Origin: Myxococcota bacterium
Lineage (GTDB): Bacteria; Myxococcota_C; UBA6777
Length of the DNA stretch: 39,932 nucleotides
Direction: 5' to 3'
Assembly (NCBI GenBank): GCA_023150835.1
Contig: JAKLKB010000076.1
Location: 1-39,932 of the forward strand
The notes under the pieces were generated by a model, which worked only from the letters and a program-made list of their open reading frames with translations, was not told where the DNA came from and did no database searches. Positions 25,906-34,860 of this stretch are shown piece after piece. The position numbers and the translations under genes were made by a program. The first letter of the stretch is position 1, and each line of letters opens with the position of its first letter.

Positions 25906-27126
25906 TTACGCTGATTTGATTGGGGTTGGGAGAGATGCTGCGGGCGGGGGATCGGAAGAGCGCGCAGCGTTGCAGAGGACGTGGGCGATAAAGGCCAGTT
26001 CAAGCCACCCGTGGAAGGCGATCAAGGTGAGGTAGGCGTTGCGTGTGTGAACGGCTTGAAAAAGGCCGATGAATGGGACGGCAAGACACCCAAGGATCAC
26101 CAACCACAGGCCGAGAGAGCCAAAGTCTTCACGCAAAGACTCGATATTGCGGCGAAAGGTTGAGGGGCCTTTGCGTGCGTAGAAGTGGTGATTGTTGGGG
26201 ACAAGGCGCAGCCAGATGCTGTAGTGGACGGATTGAGCGAAGGTGTAGATCAAGACGATGCGTAGGCCCCAGACAGGCTCGACGCCGGGAGCCAAGAGGC
26301 GGACCATACCGTTGAGTTCGAAACCGTTGGAGAGATCGCGGTAGGCACCCATCGAGGCAGCCAAGGGTTCCAGCCATCCAGAGGCCAAGAGGCCGATGGC
26401 ACCGAGATAAAAGACCACTACACCTGCATAACGAGGCCAAGGCCCATCGCCGCGTGACCACCACAGCCAGATGCCGACAGCGACGAGGTTATGCAAGTGC
26501 CCAAGCGCAAGGATCGTCTGCCAAGGCCGACCGATCAGCCACATCGAGCACACAGCAAGGAACACCAAAAGGCCCATTCGTAGGCGCAGATCAGCGCGAC
26601 TGGTCGCCACAGCGCCTAAGATCGCCGCACTCCCGCAAGCGATCTCAGCCGCAGGCCAAAACAACAATCCCCCCATCATACCGATCCGCAAAGCCGTCAT
26701 CAGCGCGAGCGGCAACAAGATACCCCATACCGCCCATCGTTCGACCTTTTTGGGAGGGCGTATCAACAAGTAGCGGATATCCGAAACGATGTGCGGCGTC
26801 CCCAACAACAGCGGCCCGATCAACAACAACCACAACGGAACAAACAGCGTACACAACAACGCAACACTCATCCCAAAGATCGCGTACGCCACCACACGCG
26901 CCGAACGATCCGCGATCAGCATCCCGCCCAAGCGCAACCGCACAAACCATCGCCAAAATGCGCGCCGTATGCCATCCAAAAAAGACAGCGCCAAAGAAAG
27001 CGCAGGAGGCAGCGGAGAAAAGGCTTCCGAAGTATGCGGATCTTCGATCGGTGTATGAGAAGAAGGAGGTGATGGATAGGGCGATTGCGGAGAAGGTGTG
27101 GGCAAAGGAGCGATGGGTGGCATCAT
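25906..27126 (-). CDS. Polytopic membrane protein with several His motifs
   Basis: About 10 hydrophobic segments; GTPHIVSD, GHLHN, QSVHY, FHGWLE. Confidence 0.75.
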   Translation of the reverse strand: MMPPIAPLPTPSPQSPYPSPPSSHTPIEDPHTSEAFSPLPPALSLALSFLDGIRRAFWRWFVRLRLGGMLIADRSARVVAYAIFGMSVALLCTLFVPLWLLLIGPLLLGTPHIVSDIRYLLIRPPKKVERWAVWGILLPLALMTALRIGMMGGLLFWPAAEIACGSAAILGAVATSRADLRLRMGLLVFLAVCSMWLIGRPWQTILALGHLHNLVAVGIWLWWSRGDGPWPRYAGVVVFYLGAIGLLASGWLEPLAASMGAYRDLSNGFELNGMVRLLAPGVEPVWGLRIVLIYTFAQSVHYSIWLRLVPNNHHFYARKGPSTFRRNIESLREDFGSLGLWLVILGCLAVPFIGLFQAVHTRNAYLTLIAFHGWLELAFIAHVLCNAARSSDPPPAASLPTPIKSA

Positions 27127-27213
27127 GAGGCCCTTTATGGTGGGTGCGGAGGGTGGCGTGAGGTTCGCTCTGGAGGCGCAGCGAACGCCAAAGAGGCGAG
27201 AATGAGGGATGAT

Positions 27214-27663
27214 CTAGGTGTTGCGGCGGGAACGTCGCGTCAGCCAGATGCCGAACAACACAAAGCAAGCGAGAAAAAAGCTGGCGTTGCTCGAACCCGG
27301 CCACGAAAACGCGCTGCATCCGCCTGTTTTTGGGGGCGTGGTTTCTGTGACGCTACCATCCGAAGGGGCAGATTCTTGTTGGGGGGCACCTTCGGATGGA
27401 GCGGGTTCTTGTGTGGTTCCTGTGATGCACTTGACGCAGTCATACTCTTTGCTCGTCGGTGGGGTTCCGTCCGAATAGTCGAGCTTTGTGCATTTGCTCT
27501 GTTGACAAGTGCCTGTTTTGCTGTCGGCAGTACAAGTGTCTCCAGCAGCTTTTTTGTCACAAGCCGCAACTTCGGGGGGGATCACGTCGGCGTGGGTGTT
27601 TCCTGCACAAAAGAAACAGGCCATCGAGATCAGCCATCCAAGCCATCGTTTGTTGTGTCGCAT
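27214..27663 (-). CDS. Secreted Cys-rich protein with MYXO-CTERM-like sorting signal
   Basis: Signal peptide ending THA|DV; 6-Cys domain; P/S/T linker; GGCS + hydrophobic helix + RRSRR; GAGGA RBS. Confidence 0.8.
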   Translation of the reverse strand: MRHNKRWLGWLISMACFFCAGNTHADVIPPEVAACDKKAAGDTCTADSKTGTCQQSKCTKLDYSDGTPPTSKEYDCVKCITGTTQEPAPSEGAPQQESAPSDGSVTETTPPKTGGCSAFSWPGSSNASFFLACFVLFGIWLTRRSRRNT

Positions 27664-27846
27664 CGGGTATCCTCGTTGTGGGGGTGGGTTGTTTGGTCTG
27701 CATCGGCGCAGAAGTCTTACAGGCCTCTTCGCGATGTATCGGGTCGAGCGGTGGCTCGGATCGCGTTGATGCAGAAGCCATGCAAAATGCCTCTGTAGCT
27801 TGCCTGAAACAGTTGTAGATGGCAATAGCGTTGTGGGGGGGAGTGT

Positions 27847-28764
27847 CTAGGGGCGGGGAGCAACAGCGTACGCGGTATCGTAGATGTCGGCAGGAAGGGG
27901 TTCTCGGCGGATGCGCCATTCTTCGGGGAGTCCGTTGCGGTCGGCCAAGATCACGATCCCACCGACGATCGCGCAGGTGGTGTCACGATCACCCAAGCAT
28001 CGGACGGTGGCCCAAAAAGCTTCTTCGTAGTTGTGGAGGTAGTGTGCAGCGCACCAGACACAAAAAGGAACCGTGTCTTGGCAAGAGATGCGTTGGCCGG
28101 AACCCACCCACTCAGCGACTTTTTCGGAGCCGTCTTGGAGGTCGAAACGCAAGGTCGTCTCGATGTTTTGGCGAACCTGACTTTCGGGCGTGTGGCGCAA
28201 GACTTCTCGAATGAGTTCGGCAGGGGTGGCTTTCCAACCATCACCCACACGCCACGCCAAGGCCGCCATCACAGCGGTGGCAACGGCTCCTGCGATGCCT
28301 TCGGGGTTGGTATGTGTGGGAAGTGCAGAGCGGCGGGCATGTTCGCAGACCGCGTCGATATCTTCCGCAAAATACGCACCCAAGGGCGGAATGCGCATCG
28401 CCGAACCGTTGCCAAAAGAACCCGTTCCACCGAACATCTGCGGAGCGACTTGATCCCACCGTTGCCCTGCGCGCAACTGCGTCAACAAGATATGCGCGCC
28501 GCCGCCGTAGCCACGTCGGGAGTTGTAGCGCGCTGCGAATCGTTTGGCGAGCGCATCAGCATCGATGCCTCCGTCCTCAAGAAGGCTTTCCACGATGCTC
28601 AACGCCATCTCCGTGTCATCGGTATAAGGCCACGGCCCTTCGGGGATCTTGCGCCATGCCATCGCAGGCATGATTTCCGAGGGGAGGCCGAAAAAGCGTT
28701 CCCCCAAAGCGTCCGCAACAGAAAGACCTTCCAAAGACAAAAGCGCCCGTTCGATGGGTTGCAT
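27847..28764 (-). CDS. ADP-ribosylglycohydrolase (DraG/ARH family)
   Basis: ADALG, YTDDTEMA, RGYG, SFGNGSAMR, PTH, GDRDTTCAIVG; AGGAG RBS. Confidence 0.92.
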   Translation of the reverse strand: MQPIERALLSLEGLSVADALGERFFGLPSEIMPAMAWRKIPEGPWPYTDDTEMALSIVESLLEDGGIDADALAKRFAARYNSRRGYGGGAHILLTQLRAGQRWDQVAPQMFGGTGSFGNGSAMRIPPLGAYFAEDIDAVCEHARRSALPTHTNPEGIAGAVATAVMAALAWRVGDGWKATPAELIREVLRHTPESQVRQNIETTLRFDLQDGSEKVAEWVGSGQRISCQDTVPFCVWCAAHYLHNYEEAFWATVRCLGDRDTTCAIVGGIVILADRNGLPEEWRIRREPLPADIYDTAYAVAPRP

Positions 28765-28817
28765 CGGTTTCTCCTATTGAGTGGTGGCGAGTGCATCGGG
28801 AATTCGGGGCGGTCTCT

Positions 28818-30362
28818 TTACCTCACCCGCTGCATCGGTTCCTCTTTTGGGGTGGTGGCGGAGGCTGTAGGAGGCGCAGAGGGCGGATGGATCGTCTTTT
28901 TCCACAGCGGTATCGACACATAGAGCGCAACCATCCCCGTGATGATCTGCGCCAAGGCGAGCGCCCAAAAGACGCCTTGTGGTCCGAACCAGTTCATCCC
29001 AAGCCACGCCAGCGGTAGTGAAAGGATCGGCATACGCAATAGGGCCAATGCAGCGGCCTTCATCGGTTGGTTGGTGGCGTTAAAGGTTGCGCTGCAAGCC
29101 ATGACCACTCCCGTTAAGGGATAACCAAACGCGACAATCCAGAGATATCTTGTGATCCACGGGACGACCTTGGGATCGTTGGAAAAGAACCGTGCGATCG
29201 GATCCGCCATGACGAAGATCACAAGATAAGCCAACGTCCCGCCCACGAGCGAAAGCATGAAGCTAAAACGCAAGGCCCCCGTCACACGGTCTTTTCGTTG
29301 CGCACCCCAGTTTTGCCCAACAAAGGGAGCCAACGCTGCGCTTACAGCCATCGGCACCATCAAAAACAACATCTCCAAACGCCCGCCTGCTCCAAATGCT
29401 GCAACCGTTTCTTTGCCATAACCCGCAAGCATCCCAGTCAAGATGCCCAAAGACAGGGGCGTTGCGATCTGTGTCGCAGCGGAGGGCAGGCCGATCGCCA
29501 AAACCGCCCGCCACGAGGCGAAGATCCCTTGTAAGCATCGTGAAGAAAAGTCCAGCATTTTTTCTCGTCGTGACAACACCCACAAAGCCACCAACAACGT
29601 TAACGCACGTGAAAAGATCGTCGTAAGCGCTGCACCCGCCATCTCCATTCGTGGGATCGGACCCCAGCCAAAGATAAAGATCGGGTCCAAGACGATGTTG
29701 ACCAAGGCCGCAAAGAACATCACCACCGCAGGCGTGCGTGTGTCGCCCGAGGCTCGGATCGCTCCGTTGCCCACCATCGGGACCACCAAAAACACCACGC
29801 CGATATACCAGATCACCATGTAGTCATGGATCCAAGGCAGCGCGCTTTCTTTGGCCCCCAAAGCCCGAAACAACGGATCGATCGTGAGCAAACCCACCAC
29901 CGCAAAACACGCCACCACCAGCATCGAAAGCAACATCGCGTGTGTCGTGAGCTTTTGCACTTCTTCCCATCGTCCCGCCCCGATCGCCCGTGAGACCACC
30001 GAAGTGGTTCCCGCAGCCAGCCCCAATGCGATACTTCCAACAAATGCCACCACGGGAAAAGTAAACGATATCGCAGCGAGTTGGGCCGTCCCAAGCTTCC
30101 CCACAAAATACGTGTCGATCAGGTTCATCAACATGATCGAAAGGATGCCAAAGACCATCGGCCCTGCAAGCCCCAACACCGTCGTTGCGATCGGTCCTTC
30201 GGTCAGTTTGGCGCGTGGAGGCTGTCTCGCAGACGCCGAAGACGTCGGAGCGATTAACGCGGGTTCAGGTGCAAACGTTTCGATGAGGGGGGGATCGGGC
30301 GAGAGCGATGCGTTGTTTTCTTCGGATATTTGGGCCTCTTTGTTTGTCATCCAGATCTCCAT
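28818..30362 (-). CDS. MATE-family efflux transporter
   Basis: LTEGPI, NLIDTYFVGKLG, IRASGDTRTP, NIVLDPIFIFG, GQNWGA; ~12 TM; start could be 30350. Confidence 0.92.
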   Translation of the reverse strand: MEIWMTNKEAQISEENNASLSPDPPLIETFAPEPALIAPTSSASARQPPRAKLTEGPIATTVLGLAGPMVFGILSIMLMNLIDTYFVGKLGTAQLAAISFTFPVVAFVGSIALGLAAGTTSVVSRAIGAGRWEEVQKLTTHAMLLSMLVVACFAVVGLLTIDPLFRALGAKESALPWIHDYMVIWYIGVVFLVVPMVGNGAIRASGDTRTPAVVMFFAALVNIVLDPIFIFGWGPIPRMEMAGAALTTIFSRALTLLVALWVLSRREKMLDFSSRCLQGIFASWRAVLAIGLPSAATQIATPLSLGILTGMLAGYGKETVAAFGAGGRLEMLFLMVPMAVSAALAPFVGQNWGAQRKDRVTGALRFSFMLSLVGGTLAYLVIFVMADPIARFFSNDPKVVPWITRYLWIVAFGYPLTGVVMACSATFNATNQPMKAAALALLRMPILSLPLAWLGMNWFGPQGVFWALALAQIITGMVALYVSIPLWKKTIHPPSAPPTASATTPKEEPMQRVR

Positions 30363-30474
30363 CTGTAGGCTGTTTTAAGCGCCTGCACAATCTAGGCGAT
30401 CTGGCCGTTTCCCCCAAGAGTCCCACAAGGAGACGCTGCGTTTCGATTCTGGAACATCCGCTGCCGACTTGATA

Positions 30475-31509
30475 TCAGGGGTTGGCTTGGCCTTGGGAGG
30501 GGTCGGTCGTTTTCCAAGTTCCGCTTGGATCGCCGTTGGGCGAGCGGCTGTAGGACTTTCCGCTAGGGAGTTCCTTCCATTCGACCTTTGCGACTTCGTT
30601 GCCTTGGGGGTCGTAGATCGCGAGTGCTTCGGAGGAACCGAATTTGAACGCAAAGTCGTTGCCGTCCAATTGGAAGACCATGTAGGTTTTGGGGGGGATT
30701 TTCTTCGCGGTGGGAAAGGCGAGGCGCGTTGCAGGATCGGTGGGGGTGTCGGTGGCTGTGTAGTTTGTGAGGTCGAGTTCACCGTCGCCTGCGTTGTAGA
30801 TCTCGAACCAGTCGGGAGTTCCCGAAGCAAAGATCTCGTTGAGTACAAGTTTTCCTTGGGGGGGCGGGGTCGAGCCGTTGTCTTTGTTGGTGGCGGCGGG
30901 GGTTGGGGTGTCAAGTGTTTTGAATGGGCCTGTTGCGTCAGGGATACGGCCAAAACTTTTTCCTGTTGGAGAGTCGCCGTCTTTCCATTTGACAAGGGCG
31001 ATCAGTTCCCCTTTTGGGTTAAAAATAGCCAATTCTTCTTCGCTTCCGAGCTTGAACCCGGGCCACGCATCGGTCATCTCGAAGACTTTGTATTCGCCTG
31101 CCTTGATCGTGGTTCCTGCGGGAAACTTGGTGCGTTTTTGCGGGTTGGTGGGTTCATCAGAGATCGTGTATTCGGACAGGTCGATGACTTGACTTCCACG
31201 ATTGGATATCTCGCACCAGTCGTTGGGTTCGCCTTTGGCGTTGATCTCGTTGATGGTGAGGTCGCTTGCGACGGGCGTGAGATCGGCAACGACTTCGGGC
31301 GTGGATTCGGTCTTTGTTTCGGCAGTACTTTCAGGTAGAAGGTTATCGGCAAGGGTCTGGTCTGGTTGGCCGTCGGGGATGATTGAACTTCCGTCGGTGG
31401 TTTGTTCGGTCAGGGTTTCGGGGGTGACTTCTTCGTGCTTGGCTCCGCTACAATTAAGCTGATGAATCAAGAGAGTTCCAAAGAAAAAGCACAAAAACAA
31501 TCGTCGCAT
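30475..31509 (-). CDS. Exported (probable lipo)protein with two lamin-tail domains
   Basis: Signal peptide ending in Cys; twice (I/L)NEI.A.G..DW.EI.N.G....DL..YT..D...F..G; GGAGG RBS. Confidence 0.85.
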   Translation of the reverse strand: MRRLFLCFFFGTLLIHQLNCSGAKHEEVTPETLTEQTTDGSSIIPDGQPDQTLADNLLPESTAETKTESTPEVVADLTPVASDLTINEINAKGEPNDWCEISNRGSQVIDLSEYTISDEPTNPQKRTKFPAGTTIKAGEYKVFEMTDAWPGFKLGSEEELAIFNPKGELIALVKWKDGDSPTGKSFGRIPDATGPFKTLDTPTPAATNKDNGSTPPPQGKLVLNEIFASGTPDWFEIYNAGDGELDLTNYTATDTPTDPATRLAFPTAKKIPPKTYMVFQLDGNDFAFKFGSSEALAIYDPQGNEVAKVEWKELPSGKSYSRSPNGDPSGTWKTTDPSQGQANP

Positions 31510-31556
31510 TTTACCTCCAAAGAGTTTCTAGGAGTTTGGAAAAAAAGAGAGATTGA

Positions 31557-32699
31557 TTAAGAATGAGGCAAAGGTTGTTGTTGAAAGCGCGCATCAAGGT
31601 AAATGGACAGCAGCACCATGACACGGTGGGCCTGTGCAAGCAGGGGGATACCGGGGAGTGGCATCGTGTTTTTGTCTTGGGTTTCGTATTGGTAGGCAAG
31701 ATAAAGTCGGAAGCGCTGGGTTCCTTCGAGTAGATGGGCGTCAAGCAGATCGGAGTACAGCCCAACGGAGATGCGCTGGCGAGTCGCGTCAGGGAGCGCG
31801 GTGTTGGTATTTTGGCGATCATATCGACAAAAAGCGCCGATCCATCGGGTTGCAAAGGCTGCGCGCAACCACGCACTGATCCCGTCGGCGTTGCGATCTG
31901 CGATCTGCGCCCATCCCATCGCGTAAATGTATTCGATCCCGATATCGACAAAGCGGCTCGTCAACGTAAGGGCCGCAGCGATGCGGTGGTTGCTTGCGCT
32001 GCTGATGCCGATCGATCCGTCGCGATAGGTCGCATGAAGACCGACTTCGACCGTTTCTCCCCATAATCGAGGCTGATGTTTGAGGAAGCGAAGCGGTAAA
32101 AGGCTGAGAACCACAGTTGAATTTTTGCCTGTGTTTTGTTCTGCGCGGTTGAGTCCTTCGCCGTTGGTGAGGGCAAAGGCCACAGACAAAGCACCCTTCC
32201 ATGCGCGAAAATGGACGGATGCACCCAGATCCGACTGCTCGAAGAAGTCGCCGCTTTCGCTTAGCAAGGCGCGTAGCCCGCGCATCCGATAATGTGGGCG
32301 CACAGCATCCAACCAAGGATCAGGGATGAGTCCAAATCGGCCTTCTATCCAGCCGATCCATAGAAAATAACGTCCATAACCCCATGCTCTTTGCAGACGC
32401 ATGATGTACGAATCACCGTCGATCCCAAACAGGCTTTGTGGCTGTGCCGAACGCAGGATCTCCACGCGAAGGCTGACGCCAAGAAAATGCGACCAACCCG
32501 CATCCAAACCCAAAACCGACTCGTGGACCTCAAACTCATTGAAGTCTTGGTTGGGTAGCCATGTTGCGTGAAAGCTAGGAAAAGTCCGACTCATCAGGCG
32601 CAAGTGCAGCTTTTTGAAAAACGCCTCTTCGACAGGAGAAGCAGACCACGCCATACAAGGAAAAAAAACGAAGAGTACCGAAAAAAGTACGATACGCAT
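31557..32699 (-). CDS. Exported beta-rich protein, probable outer-membrane porin
   Basis: Signal peptide; alternating aromatic strands; SDLGA..., NGEG.N..E.NTGK motif typical of porin-like barrels. Confidence 0.55.
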   Translation of the reverse strand: MRIVLFSVLFVFFPCMAWSASPVEEAFFKKLHLRLMSRTFPSFHATWLPNQDFNEFEVHESVLGLDAGWSHFLGVSLRVEILRSAQPQSLFGIDGDSYIMRLQRAWGYGRYFLWIGWIEGRFGLIPDPWLDAVRPHYRMRGLRALLSESGDFFEQSDLGASVHFRAWKGALSVAFALTNGEGLNRAEQNTGKNSTVVLSLLPLRFLKHQPRLWGETVEVGLHATYRDGSIGISSASNHRIAAALTLTSRFVDIGIEYIYAMGWAQIADRNADGISAWLRAAFATRWIGAFCRYDRQNTNTALPDATRQRISVGLYSDLLDAHLLEGTQRFRLYLAYQYETQDKNTMPLPGIPLLAQAHRVMVLLSIYLDARFQQQPLPHS

Positions 32700-32851
32700 A
32701 CCATGATCCGTTCGGTTGTTGATCGATGTCACTTGTAGGCAAACACTCCGTGTTCGTGTGATACGATATCCGAGAGCAGCGTGATCGCCACTTTGACCCT
32801 CTGACAGAGAGCTTTGCTCTTCTGCCCCTCGCGGCAGCAGCGAGGTTTTGC

Positions 32852-32930
32852 GAGCGTCGCAGGGAGAGGGGTGGCGCGCAGCGACGGGGTGAGGGTCGTG
32901 AGGGTCGAACCGCGAAGGGGTGAGGGCCAC
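32852..32930. repeat. Degenerate GGGAGAGGG/GGGGTGAGGG REP-like remnant
   Basis: GGGAGAGGGGTGGCGCGCAGCGACGGGGTGAGGG...GGGGTGAGGG; a family-A end (ATACGATATCCGAG) sits at 32761. Confidence 0.5.
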
Positions 32931-32997
32931 ACGATTTGTACCACTTGACGAAAAACATTCGGTGGCTCTAAGAGGATAGCCGATGTGTTTGAGTATC

Positions 32998-33052
32998 ACG
33001 GGGTCAAGGGAGCCGCGCCCTTGGCAGCGGGGTTTGGGGCAGCGCCCCACAA
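32998..33052 (-). repeat. Repeat family B core copy
   Basis: CACGGGGTCAAGGGAGCCGCGCCCTTG...TGGGGCAGCGCCCCACA. Confidence 0.8.
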
Positions 33053-33083
33053 AAGCCATTCAACTGTGTAACTCCTATCCAAT

Positions 33084-34601
33084 TTAAAAGCGCCACGGGG
33101 CCGCCCGATAGCCAAGAGACGGGCCGTAGGTGTCAAGCATATTTCTGAGCGACAAAAAATCATTGTACGTTCGGGGGCCGTAGGCGTTGATGAAGGCCCG
33201 TTGTTCTTGGACAAAGGCGTCACGTTTGTTTTCGAGCGTGCTGGCGATGGAGGAAAGCCCTTTTTCGCCTTGGAGAGTCGGAGCAAGAGCGTGGGAGCGC
33301 GCAAGCAAACGCCCGGCCTCGATCGAAAAAGCGAGCAAGTCTTCGGTGCTCCACTTTTTTTCGCTATATTTTTCGCGAAAACGTGCAACGCTAAAGTTCT
33401 TTTGGTATTTGGTGCGTTGTCGGATCCGAAAGACCATCGGGGACAGCGCGACAAAGCCGAGATAAGGGTCATTTTGGGTGTCTTCTTGGAGATGCTTTTG
33501 CATCCAGACGACCCGTTCGGCGTTATCGCGGAAGGTCTGCTTGGGAAAAAGCACAAAGCCGGGTAGGGCGGGTGGCTCTGCGATCTCTTTGACTTCAAGA
33601 AGGATATCGTCTTCGAGAGCTTTTGAGGGGCCTTCAACGAGGATGTAGTAACGCAGACGCGGATAACTGCTGACGCCCGCTCCAAACCGCTGTGAAGCAG
33701 CTTTCCATGTAAAAAATCCTTCTGAAAAACGTTTGGGTTCGCTCAATGTGAGCGGATAAGTGCGTAAGACTTCCCGAAGCAAGCGTTGTTCTTCTGCGTC
33801 GATGGGGCCTGTGCGATCTTGGATGATGCCGTTGCTATCGGCTTCAACGGTGCCATGAAACATGACGCGTTGGTTTCCCTCGATGCGCGTGTATTCAAGC
33901 AGATCTTCGTTGGCGTCACCGTCGCGTTTGGCGCGGTTCCATAGATCTTCGACGACGGTGCTTTGGGTACCGTCTCTGCGGGGCTTGTACGGGGGGCCTC
34001 CTGCCTTGAGCCGCATGATCTCGTCGAAGTAAGCCCCCGCGATGCTGGATGCGATCTGGTCTTGTGCCGCTTTTTCGCGCTCGGTGATGCCGATGCTTTG
34101 GGCGGCGATCCAATACCCCAAGATTAAACGGCGGACATCAAAGAGAAAAGGGGCATACATCGAAGCGTCGAAGTCGTTAAAGTCGATGCGTAATGTTCCA
34201 TCTGTTGCGTAATATGTTCCGATATTTTCGGGGTGTGGATCGATCACCGCGCTGATGTAACCGCTTTCTGCGCTACCAAAAGCCGTGGGTGTCGTATCGC
34301 CAGAAAGCATCGTTTGATCGCGCAGATAGATGATCACGCTTCCTCGAAAGTAGGCGTAAAGATCCTGTGCCATCAAGCGGAGTTTCTCTTCGGTAAGTTT
34401 GCGATGTTGCCCTTCGATCGGCTCACTCGGACGGCGCAAGAGCATCCAGTTGTCTTCGATCAGAAGTTGTCGAATGTAAGCTTCCCGAGGCGAGGGGGTG
34501 CTTCCTGAGCAGCCTGTGGAGGTGATGCTCGCGAAAAGAAGCAGGCAACAAAGCCGCCTTCGCAAAAAAGCAGGTGGATAAAAAAAACAGGAGTACATCA
34601 T
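33084..34601 (-). CDS. DUF2252-family (kinase-like fold) lipoprotein
   Basis: YAYFRGS, DPHPENIG, IDFNDFDA, FDVRRL, GVSSYPRLRYY, LLEVKE, LARSHA; hydrophobic N-terminus ending STGC. Confidence 0.8.
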   Translation of the reverse strand: MMYSCFFYPPAFLRRRLCCLLLFASITSTGCSGSTPSPREAYIRQLLIEDNWMLLRRPSEPIEGQHRKLTEEKLRLMAQDLYAYFRGSVIIYLRDQTMLSGDTTPTAFGSAESGYISAVIDPHPENIGTYYATDGTLRIDFNDFDASMYAPFLFDVRRLILGYWIAAQSIGITEREKAAQDQIASSIAGAYFDEIMRLKAGGPPYKPRRDGTQSTVVEDLWNRAKRDGDANEDLLEYTRIEGNQRVMFHGTVEADSNGIIQDRTGPIDAEEQRLLREVLRTYPLTLSEPKRFSEGFFTWKAASQRFGAGVSSYPRLRYYILVEGPSKALEDDILLEVKEIAEPPALPGFVLFPKQTFRDNAERVVWMQKHLQEDTQNDPYLGFVALSPMVFRIRQRTKYQKNFSVARFREKYSEKKWSTEDLLAFSIEAGRLLARSHALAPTLQGEKGLSSIASTLENKRDAFVQEQRAFINAYGPRTYNDFLSLRNMLDTYGPSLGYRAAPWRF

Positions 34602-34734
34602 CGCGCTTTGCAGATCTTTCGACGCAGGTTTGGGCCGCAGGAAGACGTGCGCTGTGTAGCCGACGTCTGTTTTGATGTCAAGATGTTTTTGTCTTTTGAA
34701 ATCAGATGGTTAAGTTATGTTTGTTGTTTCTTTT

Positions 34735-34767
34735 TTGTCAAACATCTGTCACATCGTTGTCACGATA
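34735..34767. promoter_or_regulatory. Pho-box-like triple direct repeat
   Basis: TGTCA at 34736, 34747, 34758 (exact 11-bp period) in AT-rich DNA upstream of the DUF2252 gene. Confidence 0.6.
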
Positions 34768-34860
34768 GAGGAGGGCGACGGGTGACGATCGAGAGGGTTC
34801 GCGACTTTTGGCGGATCCGGGGTTCGACGGCTTAGCGCGGGCGGGCGACGACGGCGGGGC

